Shown: positions 50,876 through 64,000 of the stretch, one piece after another
Layout: each line of letters opens with the position of its first letter
Numbering within the stretch: the stretch's first letter is position 1
Source of the DNA: Balanoglossus misakiensis
Taxonomy: Eukaryota > Animalia > Hemichordata
Assembly: GCA_040954595.2 (NCBI GenBank)
Contig: CM082594.2
Location: 2,527,319 to 2,591,318, forward strand
DNA: 64,000 bases
Direction of reading: 5' to 3'
The notes under the pieces: model-generated
What the model was told of the DNA's origin: nothing
Seen by the model: only the letters and a program-made list of their open reading frames with translations
The model's database searches: none
Position numbers and translations under genes: made by a program

Positions 50876-51877
50876 CTAACTAGTGATACGAATGGTGTTG
50901 AGTGTACTTGTATTACCGGGGCCGACTTCGTTTTTTGGACGCTGCAGGTGTGGACAGAACTTCTTCAAGAAAGCCGCGCGGAATTGCCTGTACTTGAACG
51001 CATACATGAACGGGTTGATGACGGAATTGGCGAACGACGTGAGAACAAAGTTCATCCGGTAACTGGCAAACACTTTTCCGGACCCTCCGAGATTGAGATA
51101 TAATTGGAAAGTCATCGCCGGTGTCCAACAAATGAAGTAGGCCAAGAATACTATCAGCAGCAATTTTATCAGTCGTTTCTTTGCTGTCAGCAGTTCCGCA
51201 CCCATGACGCCGTTTCCGCCAACCCCGCCGCCAATGCCCGTCTTGTTAGCGCTAAGACTGTTTAACCTTCTGGAATACGGCCAGGCCATTACAATTATCG
51301 GGGCAAAGTAGCAAGTGACGAAATAGAACACGCCAATGCACCTGGAAACGAATTTGCTGGGGTAGACGTACACGGGTTTGACACGTGGATTGCACGGGAT
51401 CAGTTTCAATTCGAAGATGAAAGCAAGGACCCAGGAAACGGCAACGGCCGTGACCACATTGCGGTTTGTGCAGTACTTGTTGTAAAGCAGCGGGTGGACG
51501 ATGGCCAGGTATCGTTCTGAGGAGACCAAGATCAGCGTGAACGTCGACTCCCTCATGCCGACCCAGTAGAAGACGGCGCCGTTGACGAAGCGGCAGTACA
51601 TGTCGCCCGCCACACCGGACGGCACCGCCACCCGGAAGACGTGCGTGAAGCACCTGATGAGCACGCGCACGACGCATGTCTCCAGATCCGCCACAGAAAG
51701 ATTCACGATCAGAAAATTAGTCGTTGTCCTCATCGACGGTGTCACGAAGACCACTAAAATTACAAGCAGATTACCAATTATCCCAGTCGCGCCCAGCGCC
51801 ATCTCCGTGCTGTAGACGTACACTGGTAATTCGTCGAGTGGTCTGGTAGCAATATCAGACTCGGAGGTGTTATTCAT
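50876..51877 (-). CDS. Class A (rhodopsin-like) GPCR, peptide-receptor-like, single coding exon
   Basis: GIIGNLLV (TM1), NLSVADL (TM2), SERY (TM3), SW (TM4), CWTP (TM6), NSVINPFMY and helix 8 FR..F. Confidence 0.9.
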   Translation of the reverse strand: MNNTSESDIATRPLDELPVYVYSTEMALGATGIIGNLLVILVVFVTPSMRTTTNFLIVNLSVADLETCVVRVLIRCFTHVFRVAVPSGVAGDMYCRFVNGAVFYWVGMRESTFTLILVSSERYLAIVHPLLYNKYCTNRNVVTAVAVSWVLAFIFELKLIPCNPRVKPVYVYPSKFVSRCIGVFYFVTCYFAPIIVMAWPYSRRLNSLSANKTGIGGGVGGNGVMGAELLTAKKRLIKLLLIVFLAYFICWTPAMTFQLYLNLGGSGKVFASYRMNFVLTSFANSVINPFMYAFKYRQFRAAFLKKFCPHLQRPKNEVGPGNTSTLNTIRITS

Positions 51878-53519
51878 CGTCAATTCTGCAGGAATTCGAA
51901 TTCAGGACCTGAAAACAGTATTTTCAATTTCATAACATTATTCAACGTGAAGGCTGTGGGAATTCAGAAAAATAAAATGTTTTATTCGAAACGAAAAGTT
52001 GCTTTTTTATCGATATGAGCTTCCAATCTATACCGTATTTTGGGGGCAAATTGTTCACTTTGGAAGTGTGTTGGTGGATAGGGTTATTTAATTTCCTTTC
52101 AGTGGCTCAATCGTAATTGTTCATTGATGGCTAGCTCGCAAAATTTCAATGTGAAAAAACTCAAAATAAACGCGTCGATGTTTCAGGTAGTATGCGCAGC
52201 AAAATCAAAAACCATTGTCTTCGACAGTGATAATTACGTGTACCATCTATTCAACCCTGTCTGGGCAGGATACACCAGCAATGGTTTTTTAAAAACAAAA
52301 TTCTGAACGACTTGTAGAATTTGATCAAATTTAGATACATTTCAGCATTCCATCATCGTGGAAAAGGGAAGTATTTGAAAATTTATATATAAATGCCGGT
52401 TTAATACTTGTTGCAGAGAGGATAGGCTTACGAAGTATTGCACCCACCAGAAACAGCATTTCCACTAATGTTACAGAACTATGAACATATAAAGATCTGT
52501 AAACTTGCCTATTCCATTGGCGCTCGAAGATCTTCACAGATTGCCGACGAATCTTGTAAAAAAGTCAAATGGGACGAAGTGAAACAATAATATCAACTTT
52601 GAAAAACCGAAGTGTGTATTTTTTTGTAAAGTCAGTAGATATCAGGATTATCTCGTCAGTCCACAGCCTTGGAACCAGGAAGATGACGACAGAAGTGATG
52701 GATTCACACACACCTACTTAAAGATGCATCATAACAATAAAAGCCAACCGGAAGGATATCATCCTGGAAGGGATAATTACCCGGAATACTTACCTGATCC
52801 TGATTATGATTTACATACTGGAAACGCCAAGAGGCAGTAAACTTGAATATCATACATATGAAAGAAAGTCCTAGTTTAATTTTAAGGCACTGGTATCAAA
52901 GCCAATATTTTATTGTAAAAATTCATAGTATGCCAAATGTAATGTATATAACATCAGTATACTGCCCGTAAATATGTATGAATGATTAGTGAGAAGATGT
53001 CAATTTATGGAACCTAAATTTTCCCAAGGCAAAATGATCAAATGAGAAAAAAGCATACATGTAGTTAACATGGCTGATCAGAAATGTAAACAGATGCAAC
53101 ACAGCACAAAACATAGAAATACATAAAACACTGTTTAAATAATGTACTGGTAAATTGATACTGATATATTAATACTGTTAATTTTTCATTTTTTTTCATC
53201 AATCTGCTTCATATACAGTAGAATACTTGACCACACATATTCTGTTTTTTTTTGTTCTTACACAAAGTTGAAAAATCACCATTCAGCTATTTTTGTTTAT
53301 GTACATCATTCATTTGATATTTTTATTTGAATTTAGACCTGGTTAATAATTAGCGCATAGTACAATTTTATGTAGCAAAATGGGTTGTGAAATTCCTCTG
53401 GTGACCAAAAATGAAATTGCATCATTGAGGGGATCAGAGCCTGTTTTGACTTCAGTGCATTGAAGATTTTTGTGTTGAAATAATTGAGTTCAGTATGCAA
53501 CTGTCTCTGTATATAGTCT

Positions 53520-56500
53520 TTAGTGTGGCGGTTGCTGGAGATGAGCCCTGGGAATCTTGTAGTCTTTGTCAGTGTCAACATTACCAATTCCATTGTATGC
53601 TTCAGTCTGTCTCTACAAATATAATGAAACCATAGAGATGTGTTAATGTCATATGACACAGATGGATTTGTGTGATGTTGATTATGATATGTCAGTTATA
53701 TGAGCTTGTGCGTTCTTATGAGACAGAATTCTGTGTCTCTTTGGACAATGCAGTATACACCTCAGTCCTGTATGCGAAATGTATATATTTGGCCCCATAA
53801 GCATATTATCAGTCCAAATATGACAAAAATCGATAGCTGTTTATGAATGGTGAAGATCACACAACAGCTCACGAAGACTATGTACAACATTTTACTGTAT
53901 CATTCACAGTTACACACACACATCTCTCTGTATCATTCAGTTACACACACACACACACATGCACTCAGACATGTACAACATTTTACATCTCTCTGTATCA
54001 TTCAGTTACACACACATGCATGTACACTCAGACATGTACAACATTTTACATCTCTTTGTATCATTCGGTTACACACACATAAATATACACCCAGACATGT
54101 ACATTTTACATCTCTCTGTATCATTCAGTTACACACACATACACTCAGACATGTACAACATTTTACATCTCTCTGTATCATTCACAGTTACACACACACA
54201 CAAACAAACATCCACATGCACACATCCAAACAAACACATCCACATGCACACACACAAATAAACAAACACATGCACATGCACACACACAAATAAACAAACA
54301 CATGCACATGCACACACACAAACAAACAAACAAACACATCCACATGCACACACACAGACACACACAAAATCACACACACACACACACACATCTTTCAATT
54401 ATTCTGTTGATTCCTACCTCTCTATGAGCTGCTTCAGAGCCATCAGCAACATAAGGCCGGATGAACTCACCATGTAGGGAAGAATCTGAAATATCCATGG
54501 CTTCGTTTCTGCGTGGATACAGGAATCCCTAATGACAACATGTGAGATAGGACACATATCGTGAATGGTTCACCACAAACTTTCTTAACATTTAATAATT
54601 AAACCAAGGTCATTTTAGATCAGTCTCTTCTTAGAGGTATACAGTCACTTCCAATTTACATACACCCATATATGGCTGAAATGGCGTATTTGAGCGTTCC
54701 AAAGAACATATGGTGGCGCTCTTTATTTCGCGTGGGCCAGCCAATGAAAATCTGTGATTGGCTAGATCTTAATTTGCCATGGTAACTATAGCTAACTTTC
54801 CATAGGTGACCAAATACCTTTAAATAAATGTTCAGTTATATGTAGCTTCATAAACCATTGGCCCAATGACATAATGTATTTTCATAATATTAATGACCAG
54901 TCCCACCCTGGAGCTGAACTTATAGGAATTGCTATATTGCATAATGCAAATATCATTTTGTTGCTAGATCATTTTGTCATTTATCGTTTCACCATTTACC
55001 ATTGGTTGGTTGGTTGGTCGGTTGGTTGATTGGTTGGTTGGTTGATTGATTAATTGATTAATTGATTGATTGATTGATTGACTGATTAACCCCCCCCCCC
55101 CCCAACTAATTAGAGAATTGATTGGGTGAGTGAATCAGTCAGTCGTTCACTTAGTGGATTGGTCAGTCAGTTGATTGACTGATAGAATGATTATCACGTT
55201 ACAGGTATACAGTCACCTGCAATTTACATTATAACACCCATATATGGCTGAAAATGACGTCTTTGAGGGTTCCAAAGAAAATATGATGGCACTCTTTTTT
55301 GAGTGTGCCACCATAGACAGTGCTGTCACCCACTGAAAATCTGTGATTGGCTAGATCTCAATTTGCCATGGTTACTATAGCTAATTTTCCATAGGTGACC
55401 ATATACCTTTAATTGACTGTTGCTCAAAAGAGAGCTTTTTCTTTTTACATAACCTGTACATTACCTGGGAATCTCTAGCCATGACCATGGCACTGCGCAG
55501 TCGCTCTGCTCTGCCGAACAAAACAGGCCTGTTCAGACTACCAGTGCTACCTGCATCATCATCATCATAATCATCTCCATCATATGAACTGTCCTGGTCC
55601 CAGTACACATGTTCTGCCGACTCTCCGTACTTGCCGTAGTCTCCTCTGTATCCCCCCGCCCAAGGCAGTGTCCAGGGTTGGTGTGCTGTTTTCGCATCAC
55701 GCGTCTTATCTTTCAAGAATCTTCTATACAACAACACAAACAACACAACGGCAGTCACTATGATGCCAGCAGTGAGTCCGGCTGCTAGGCCAATAATCCC
55801 TGTGGTGGTTAAACCTGAAACAGAAATTCAGATCATATCACATTAAAATTTGAAAATTTTACTGATTGATGTGCTTTGCAAATACCAGAATTTGACATTG
55901 TTGAAAGTATTACATCCTTGCCTGTTTGTTTCTGCATTCGGCTCTCTCCACAATAAACACCCATGTACTTTTCGGTACAACTGAAATAAGTGAGAATAAA
56001 ATAAAGCAGAAAATGAAGTTTATGTAGGAATGAATAAATGGGTAAACCACCACGCTGACAAACTTCGTTTATCTAAGATGGCTTCAACATTCTGTTTGTA
56101 ACAGCATCTGCTCCTTCTGTCTTCTGTAGATGTTGAAATATTAGTTGTGAATATTGGCTTTAAAAATCTATGCAACACAAGACGTTGGATATAAATTGGG
56201 CAAAAATTTACCATTAGTAGTCGTGAAATTAAATAACTACATTTTTGATGCATTGTACTTACGTGCAAACAAAACCACCGCCTGAACTCCCACAAGTTCC
56301 ACCATTTTTGCATGGGTTACTCTTACAAGGCCCTGTTATATGAATTAACGTAAATTTGGGGTTAGTGGACTATTTACCATTGAAGTCAGTGTTGTGGTCG
56401 ATTGCAGTTTTCTTAGACAAGTATCATTCACAGGTGCATCTCGGGTAAACGAAATAGAGCCACTGCTAAACATATATCTTCTGAACAATGTACCTACCCG

Positions 56501-59500
56501 GCTCACATTTGAATGTACCATCAGGCAAATCAACGCACATATCATCTCGGGGGCAATCATGGGCATCTGGGATTGCACAAACCGCGTCTTCATATTCTGA
56601 AATGCGTACAATTTTGAATTAAGAGCAGTGTGCGAAAATGGGGGGAATTGAATAATCTCGGAATGGACAATTATACCCACCTTCAAAATAGGCTGGTGCT
56701 CCTATAGTCAAGTTAAGCGACGTCAAGCCCTCCTGACTAGTATAATTGTTCACACCTTGGGCTATGCTAGCGCTGGTGATATGCGAGTCATTCTTGAAGA
56801 CACTGACAGAGTCACACAAAAGGCTTCCACGTCGAAATCCCAGGATGAAGGATTCCACGTACGTCGACGAATACAGCTCACGCATCATGGTGTCAATCTG
56901 TGGACGAAATATTGAGGTTATTACAACAAAATAATTTCAAGGATAACGCAGCAGGAATGTTATTCTGCAAGGAATTTTTGCTTTAAAATACACGGGGGGG
57001 GGGGCACAATGTTTTGGAGTAAAACTTACCAATGCGATGAAAACTTGTGCCAAAGTCCTGTAGTCACGTGACTGTGGGTTACTTAAAGTGTTCTTATAAT
57101 CAATTTCCTCGCCGTTCCATGTGTCGATCGTAAAAACCCCAACGAAAGTCCTGATTACTGTCGAAACAAGTCATAATATTTCTTAGGCCTACATATAGAG
57201 GGATTACCTGTGCTAGAAAAAGCGTCAGTTAATAAAAGCTGTAGTTTACAACGATGTATACACCATGTGTGCAAACATACACATAGTTCAATTTGCCTGA
57301 ATTGAGGATGACGAATACTCACGAATGCACTCCCCGTCGACTTTTCTAGTACCAGCCTTACAGCGACATGAAGGTCGATTTCGTAAATTGATACAATATT
57401 CAGTGTCGCCATCACATGAATGTGCAGTACAGCCACCAATGCCTGTGGGTTTAGATAAAATTATAGTGGTCCGAATCATTGATGTTTTTTTTGTTGATCG
57501 CTGGATTTAACAAATATTACTTTACAAGGCAATCCGCTAATTTGCAAGAAATGTAAAACATTTAAAAATAACAGTATTATTGGAAACTCATGTTCTACGT
57601 TCAACTATAGGAAAACCTCAGAAAACTAGTAATCATAGACGAACCTGTAGTAGGTGTTGCAATTGTTGTGTCTTGAATATCTGTAATCTCTGGTGTAAAG
57701 GAAGAAGATTACATTGACATTTGGCGCAAAATGTTTTAAAATGACTTAAACTCAAATAAAGTTTGCTCAAGGCCTAGGAGTCAGCCCCCGAAGTATAAAT
57801 ATTCATAATTGATCAATTTAAATTTGCATAACAATGCGCACACCTGACGTGGCTCAGACTGTACGCGTACGGCCGAGACTTGCACGAGGAAGCACGGAAA
57901 AGATAGATTTGCGTTTTCTCCAAGTGGCTACCCTTACTTCTTACGATATCTGTCGTTTCTTTGGATACTGAATACAGTTATTGACTGAGATACCTGGAAT
58001 ACGGCGACAGAATTTGACTCTCAGCGCTGGGACAGTCAGCACACCTGTACATGTACATGACGTGAGCGACGTACACGTGTACAGCAGTGGGAACGTCATT
58101 ACACTTGCGGTATTTCGGATGGAATTCCAGTTTTTAGTTCCTGGTAAGTTATGTTTTATTATCTCTTGTGAGTGTTATTTTTCATGACCGGAAACATGCA
58201 AGGTCCGCTGCTTGCTTCCTACCCTCAACTGTTTTTGTGATATTTTGTCGTGTCGAAGCGTCGCGGCAGACGATATTTTGGAAGAATGGCACGGCGCCAT
58301 TGTGACACAGTGAATATTAGGGTCGCGTCACTGTAGGCCTAAATGATTCCGCTTTTGATATTTCATTGAACAGATAACTCTTTCAGCCTTAAAACCGGGG
58401 ATAAAGGGGACCATGGGAAACCGTAAAAACAAGTAGTTAGTAAAGTAACCCACCTCTACACGACTGATTATAATTCTCGTAACCATGGTCACAGACACAG
58501 CTGTAGGATCCGATCGTGTTATCACAATGAGAGTTGGTAGGGCACGTGATTGTGTCTACCTGCTCGATACACTCGTTGACATCTTGACATTCCCTTCCAT
58601 TCCCCGTGTACCCCGTCTTGCATCTGCACTCAAAACTTCCAGGACTGTTTACACATTCAACGCCATCCGTATCGGGGCAGTCGTCATCATTTGTTGCGCA
58701 TTCGTCATCGTCTGATATGAATAAAATAAAGACCATCATAGGTTCAAACTGTGTATAACTTCAACGACCCGAAGACTTGCTTTTGGCCGTTAAAACTGGA
58801 GAACTCATTCAATTCAGAGTAGGACAAATTAGTATAAATACACATACCTTCACAAATAGTTCCATTCATATGATAGTTCTGAAAACATATACATTCGTAA
58901 GATCCAATCGTGTTTTTACAGTTCGACTCCTCCGGACAGTCAGCAGTCAGTCTGTGGCACTCATTGACATCAGCACAGGTTTTGCCGTCTCCTTCAAATC
59001 CGGCTTCACACAGGCAACCATAACTTCCCTCTCTGTTCATGCATGTTGCATTGATATGACAATCATGCGAGTCATCATCGCACTCATTTACATCTGCAAT
59101 AAAAACAAGAAAACTGAGATAATCTTGCAGATACACGTAGAAAGGTGTCCTCTGGCTGCACATGTACATTAACATAAAATGGTGTCTTGTATCAAACATA
59201 TTTAATGGGGAAAAGGGCAGCGAGAGAGAGGCTTTGTCCCTTGAACAGTTGTTATGCGTGATAAATTTGTAACATGACAAACCTTGGCAATCCTTTCCAT
59301 CCCCATCAAATCCTGCCTTGCAAGCGCAAGTGTAGTTTCCGTCATTATTGCTACAGACAGCGTTGTCGTCGCAGACATCCGGGGTCTCAGCACACTCGTC
59401 TATATCACTGCAGAGCACCTTCCCGTTACCACGAAATCCTGACTTGCAACTACATCTGTAGCTTCCGTCAATATTATCACACTCTGCTTTATCTACGCAG

Positions 59501-62500
59501 GTATTGTTATATCCTTCTTCGCATTCGTTGATATCTACAATGTCGAGGGCCGGAAATCAAGGGATAAGAATATGAATTTTTATCAGGTCTTAAGAATGGC
59601 TGCTTTGCGTTCAGTGCCTCGTTTTCAAAATGCATTTTTTAAGAGAGAGAGAGAGAGAGTCGGGCTCACTCTGGTTAAGTTAATCTGACAGTTTACACGT
59701 GACTTTATTATCTGTTGGCTTTGAATCTGTTTTTACCTTCACAAGCTGTCCCATTGCCGCTGTAACCAACTTCACAAGTGCAACTGAAGGTTCCAGGTCC
59801 ATTAAAACACTCTGATTTTGCATCACAGTTGGCAGCCCGTGTGTCGGTAATTGGCAATGCACATTCATCGATATCTATGAACAAGTAAGCCACCATTAAC
59901 ATCAAGTGTGTTGCACATGCATACTTATAGTGATGAATATCAAGTGGGTCAGTCCAACCACAGTCCATATGTGGAATTTGCAGCGGGTGCTTGTAGATAA
60001 TGTATTCATGAGGTATGAAAAGTATTTGACGAGATGCATACTTGTATAGACCGTGTCAAGAATGGAAGAGCACTCTTTCGATCTTCTTAATAACAAGTTA
60101 ATAAAAGTTTATGTTTTTATTCAAGAGCAACTGTCATACACGGAAAGGTGTGTTGTATATAGTAATTTGTGAATTGAGGCTAACTAACCAGGCGTCAATT
60201 TCTCGGTGAAATGCACTACCTGTCCAAGGTGTATAAGACATGTACTATGACACAGTGGAGAATTAAAACATATCTGCTATCGATAACTACGCATAGATAA
60301 TTTAATTTGTATAGTGACAAATCGGGACACTGAGCCCTTAGCTTTTCGTTGTTGTGGTTTGTTTTTGTGCACGAGGGACTTTGCGATAAGGCCACTTTCT
60401 TACCATAGCACATGCGGCCATCCCCTGAAAATCCTGGTGGACAACTGCAGGTATATGAACCGTTTGTGTTGCTACACAAGCCGTAATCTGTATCACACAT
60501 GTGTTGTCCCGTGCCACACTCGTCAACGTCTACGGAACGAGGAATATAGACATTAAACATGTATTAACAAATTACATTTGTATCACAAATCACGGTGCAT
60601 AAACGTATGCCTACACCGATGGCTACTGTAGTCTACTGTGACACTTTAAATGAGATACTAAGAATTTCTTAAAACCCGTAAAGACAAACTGTTGTGACCA
60701 TGATCATGTTCGCTTTTGTACACATACGACATGAGGTCTTTCAGGTTTTACTGACCTTGGCACACTGTGCCATCACCACTGTAACCTTTCCTACACGTGC
60801 AGTTATAAGATCCTTCCAAGTTGGTACAATCTGCGTTGTCATCGCAATCGCCATTTGAAGCTGCACATTCATCGATATCTGAATATAAATTGAACGAGGT
60901 TCTCAATGATAGCATGACGTCACAAGTGAGCAAGCTATCCACTGGACAATGATAAAACATGCTATTTGATTGCCATCAAAATTAAACTAAAAATCAAAGA
61001 TGAAAATTAAAAATGAAATAGAAAGTTTCAGGTTTACTCACCAACGCAAAGAAAGCCATTCCCTGTATAGCCATCGTTACAAATACAAACGAATGATCCC
61101 TCTGTGTTGTTACAAAATGCACGGGCATCACAAATCTCGATGTCACTTTCACATTCATCTATATCTGTAATGTTGAAACAGAATATGGTAAACTGAAAAT
61201 GCTGGGGGAGATGAAAGCGGTTCTTTGTCACTAGGGCTGTATTCACAAACACCTCTGGAGGGGGGTGGGAGAATTGAGGGGGGTTTGAAAAAAAAATTAG
61301 GGTATGTAAGGGGGGATTTGAAATAATTTAGGGACTGAAAGGGGGGACTTGAAAACTTTGAGGACTAAATATTTATTTTGAGTCCACAAAAATGCAGTTT
61401 TGAACCCCACAAATTTTTCTAATGTGGGAGGGGACACCTCCTCCCACACCCACCCCCGTCATTCATCAACACCTTTCAATCATTGACTGGTTTATCTAGT
61501 GTCCCAGGAGAGGGGACCTGCCCCCCCCCCCCCAATGCTAACTTTGAGCGCCGACGGTTACATTTGTCCTCCCCAACATACCGGTAGTTGAGTTAATTTG
61601 CTTTTGGGTTCATTAAAATGCAGCTTTGAGCTCTGTATTTTATAACATTTTCTTACGTGGGAGGGGGACAACCCCTCCCATACCCACCCCCTTCACTTCT
61701 CGGTTTACAATGTCTGCCAACACAGAATACATATAAACAATGTTCAGTTTTAATACCCACTGATGAGGGAAAACATCAGTTTCAACTTCTTTTCATAGGA
61801 ACGCTTTTCTTTTTTACAAGATAGATGGGTGATGCAGTTCGGAAGAGGGGATTTGAAAATATTTCGGGGGGCATGTGAAAATTAACCGTAAAAAATTGAA
61901 TCCCCCCCCCCCTCCAGAGGTGTTTGTGAATGCAGCCAAAGAACTCCTAAGTACGATGAGTCTATTCCATTGTGAGTTTCCCTTGCACACTAAATTGGGA
62001 CACGAATTGTTAACAAATCGTCAAATTTTACATACCTTCACAACCTGAGTCCATACTTTCGTAGCCAGTCATGCATATGCAAGCAAAGCCACCCAACGTG
62101 TTGACGCACATTTCACCAACGGAACAGTCATGTTGAATCGACTCATGGACGCACTCATCAACATCTGCGGTGGCAAATCAAAGACATGTTAGATATTCCG
62201 CGGTATAAATTGGGGGGGGGGACTGTTCGGAGATGGTGTGGAGGAAAATATTCTTCTGCAGTGCCTTGGGGAAAAGAGTGGACTGTCAATCGAAAAAAAT
62301 GTTGCAACAGCAGCTGAAAAAAGGCTTACCTACCCAAATTCTCTACCCCCTCTTCCAGATATAAAAATGGTTTCCCCCCCTAATCTTACCGGAACATGTC
62401 CTATCATCGGATGTCAATTCGTATCCTTCATCACATTCGCAGTAATATCCAGGTGTGGCGTCAATGCATTGTCCTTCGCAGGTTTCGTCGTACATGGTGT

Positions 62501-63885
62501 TCGTGCACTCGTTGATTGCTAAAATCAGAAGTGGCCACATTATACATGAAGAGTTTAAAATCATTTCATGACACGCCAGCATGCAGTGATGATGGTCGAA
62601 TAGTGTACACAGTAGTCAACACTCACTGGTTTTGCCGATATAAATATCACAAACAAATGGTACTTATTAAATCTGCTCAATATCATATATCCAGGTTAAC
62701 ATATCAATTAGTCTAATATGTGGTTTCATCATACATACGTATGCACACAGTGTTGTCCATAGCACTCAGCGTATATCCCCGATCACAATAACAAACCGTG
62801 GCCATATCACCATTCACGTAGCAGGTACCATTGCTACAAGGGTCTGAGGAGCATCTGCTAGTGTCGTCCACTGAGGATTAAAAATAGTGGATTTGAGGTC
62901 ACAATGCAACAAATGAAAATACACCAACTGGTAAAACGTGACTCAGATTAATTGTATAGAGTGTTATGGTTATTTCTCAAGTTCTTGTTCAGTGACCACT
63001 TCGAAGCGATATTACATTGTGTCACCGAGATTGCAATATGGGTCGTAAGTTCTACATATTCCCTGATATTGCTTTTACGGTTCTCTGAACACACAGGGGC
63101 CGAAATATTGAAGAACCCGACAAGGAATTTGTGACCGAACTGCTTGTCTGGGAAGCACCTGCAAGTATTCAAGTGGTTCATGTACTTCTTGCACCGAGAA
63201 CCAGACCTTGCACTTCAAGGGACCAATGGCAGCCTCCGTTATACATTACAATGTTTGACGCATCCCTTACCTGTACAATTGAACCCATCTGATTCAAGAT
63301 GGAATCCATCCACACAGCTACATAGGTACGGAGGCAAACTGGTGTCACTACCGTCGGTGTCATTGCAAAGCTGCGAACATGTGTCTGTTCCGTACGTGCA
63401 TTCGTTGATAGCTGGAGTAAAGATGAGTTACAAAATACAATAATGGTATGTTTCATCACAATTTTACAATAGAATCCGACAGACCAACTTTCAAAGCAAA
63501 ATTTCCATTTATTTCCAAGAATAAATCTCGAAAGAAATATCCCCAGCAGTTCTCGAAGACAACAACCCTGTATACCCCCAGATATGACTTTCCACCAATC
63601 GAAACTTCGTGCAGCTCTGATACTCAATGGTTATGTCTTTGGTGAACCAAATGCCACCCCGTGTTCTATGCTTGTTTTGAGTAACTGGTCACATCTATAA
63701 CCACACGTTATCGTTTATTTCTAGTGCTACAAGAACATGTGATAAAAGCAGAGGATTATAGATCTTACGGTCGCAGTTCAGCCCGTTGGAGTTCAGAAGG
63801 TATCCTTCTGCGCAGAAGCACTGGTAAGCACCTATCGTATTCGCACAGTTCTGCTCACAAACATCATCGAGGCATTCGTCTACAT
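53520..63885 (-). CDS. 3' part of a type-I membrane protein: tandem Ca-binding EGF repeats, SEA, EGF, TM, cytoplasmic tail (fibrillin/mucin-like)
   Basis: Many phase-1 D(I/V)(D/N)EC..C.NT.GS(Y/F).C.C..G(Y/F) exons (58455-63885); SEA exons ~57030-57151 and 56681-56897 (FRRGSLLC); [27 protein letters not shown]; tail exons ~54417-54527 and 53612-53520 ([13 protein letters not shown]). The gene continues beyond the window. Confidence 0.88.
53875..54390. repeat. ~58-bp minisatellite (about 5 units) followed by CA-rich repeats
   Basis: Unit cagacatgtacaacattttacatctctctgtatcattcagttacacacac. Confidence 0.88.
54635..54819. mobile_element. Small Kolobok-like MITE, copy 1
   Basis: aggtat..gtcac / gtgac..atacct termini followed by TTAA; near-duplicate at 55203-55408. 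Confidence 0.6.
55203..55408. mobile_element. Small Kolobok-like MITE, copy 2
   Basis: Same termini and body as 54635-54819. Confidence 0.6.
61235..61937. mobile_element. Harbinger-like MITE
   Basis: TIR ggctg(t/c)attcacaaacacctctggagggggg; interior shared with 40345-40935; TSD not clean. Confidence 0.78.
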
Positions 63886-64000
63886 CTAAAACACAAAGCA
63901 AAAAAAATTTCAACAAATGTACCAAAACCATGAATGAAATGCATTTCGTGTTATCAACGTTATCACTGAAAAAACGACATTTAGCAATAATAGTCGCTAT

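Noticed and set aside
53875-54200. Regularly spaced repeats resembling a CRISPR array
   Set aside because: Tandem minisatellite in a eukaryotic intron; no unique spacers and no cas genes.

Overview
Eukaryotic, intron-rich animal DNA with many microsatellites. The gene content suggests an invertebrate deuterostome such as a hemichordate (inference). Host genes: an intronless cytosolic sulfotransferase (+, 152-1081); convergent with it, a ~16-exon arylsulfatase B/I/J-like gene (-, 3507-19840) that the ORF track misses and that has two active-site substitutions; an NRF-6/O-acyltransferase-like multi-exon gene (-, 41385-49436); a single-coding-exon class A GPCR (-, 50876-51877); and the 3' part of a cbEGF-repeat/SEA/TM receptor gene (-, 53520 to beyond the window). 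Two large, young mobile elements dominate. (1) An intact Gypsy LTR retrotransposon (10836-18763, TSD ACTA, tRNA-Ser PBS) sits 10 nt from the donor of the intron that splits the sulfatase CTP|TR motif, and its two LTRs are structurally different. (2) A full-length 15.5-kb Polinton/Maverick (23326-38790, AGTAGT termini, ~500-bp TIRs, TSD GACGTC) carries a spliced ZnF-TP-vOTU-pPolB gene, ATPase, integrase, penton, major capsid protein, adenain, small unannotated ORFs and a WW-PC4 fusion. Several MITEs and hairpin elements are also present. All calls come from manual reading and remembered family motifs; no database search was run.
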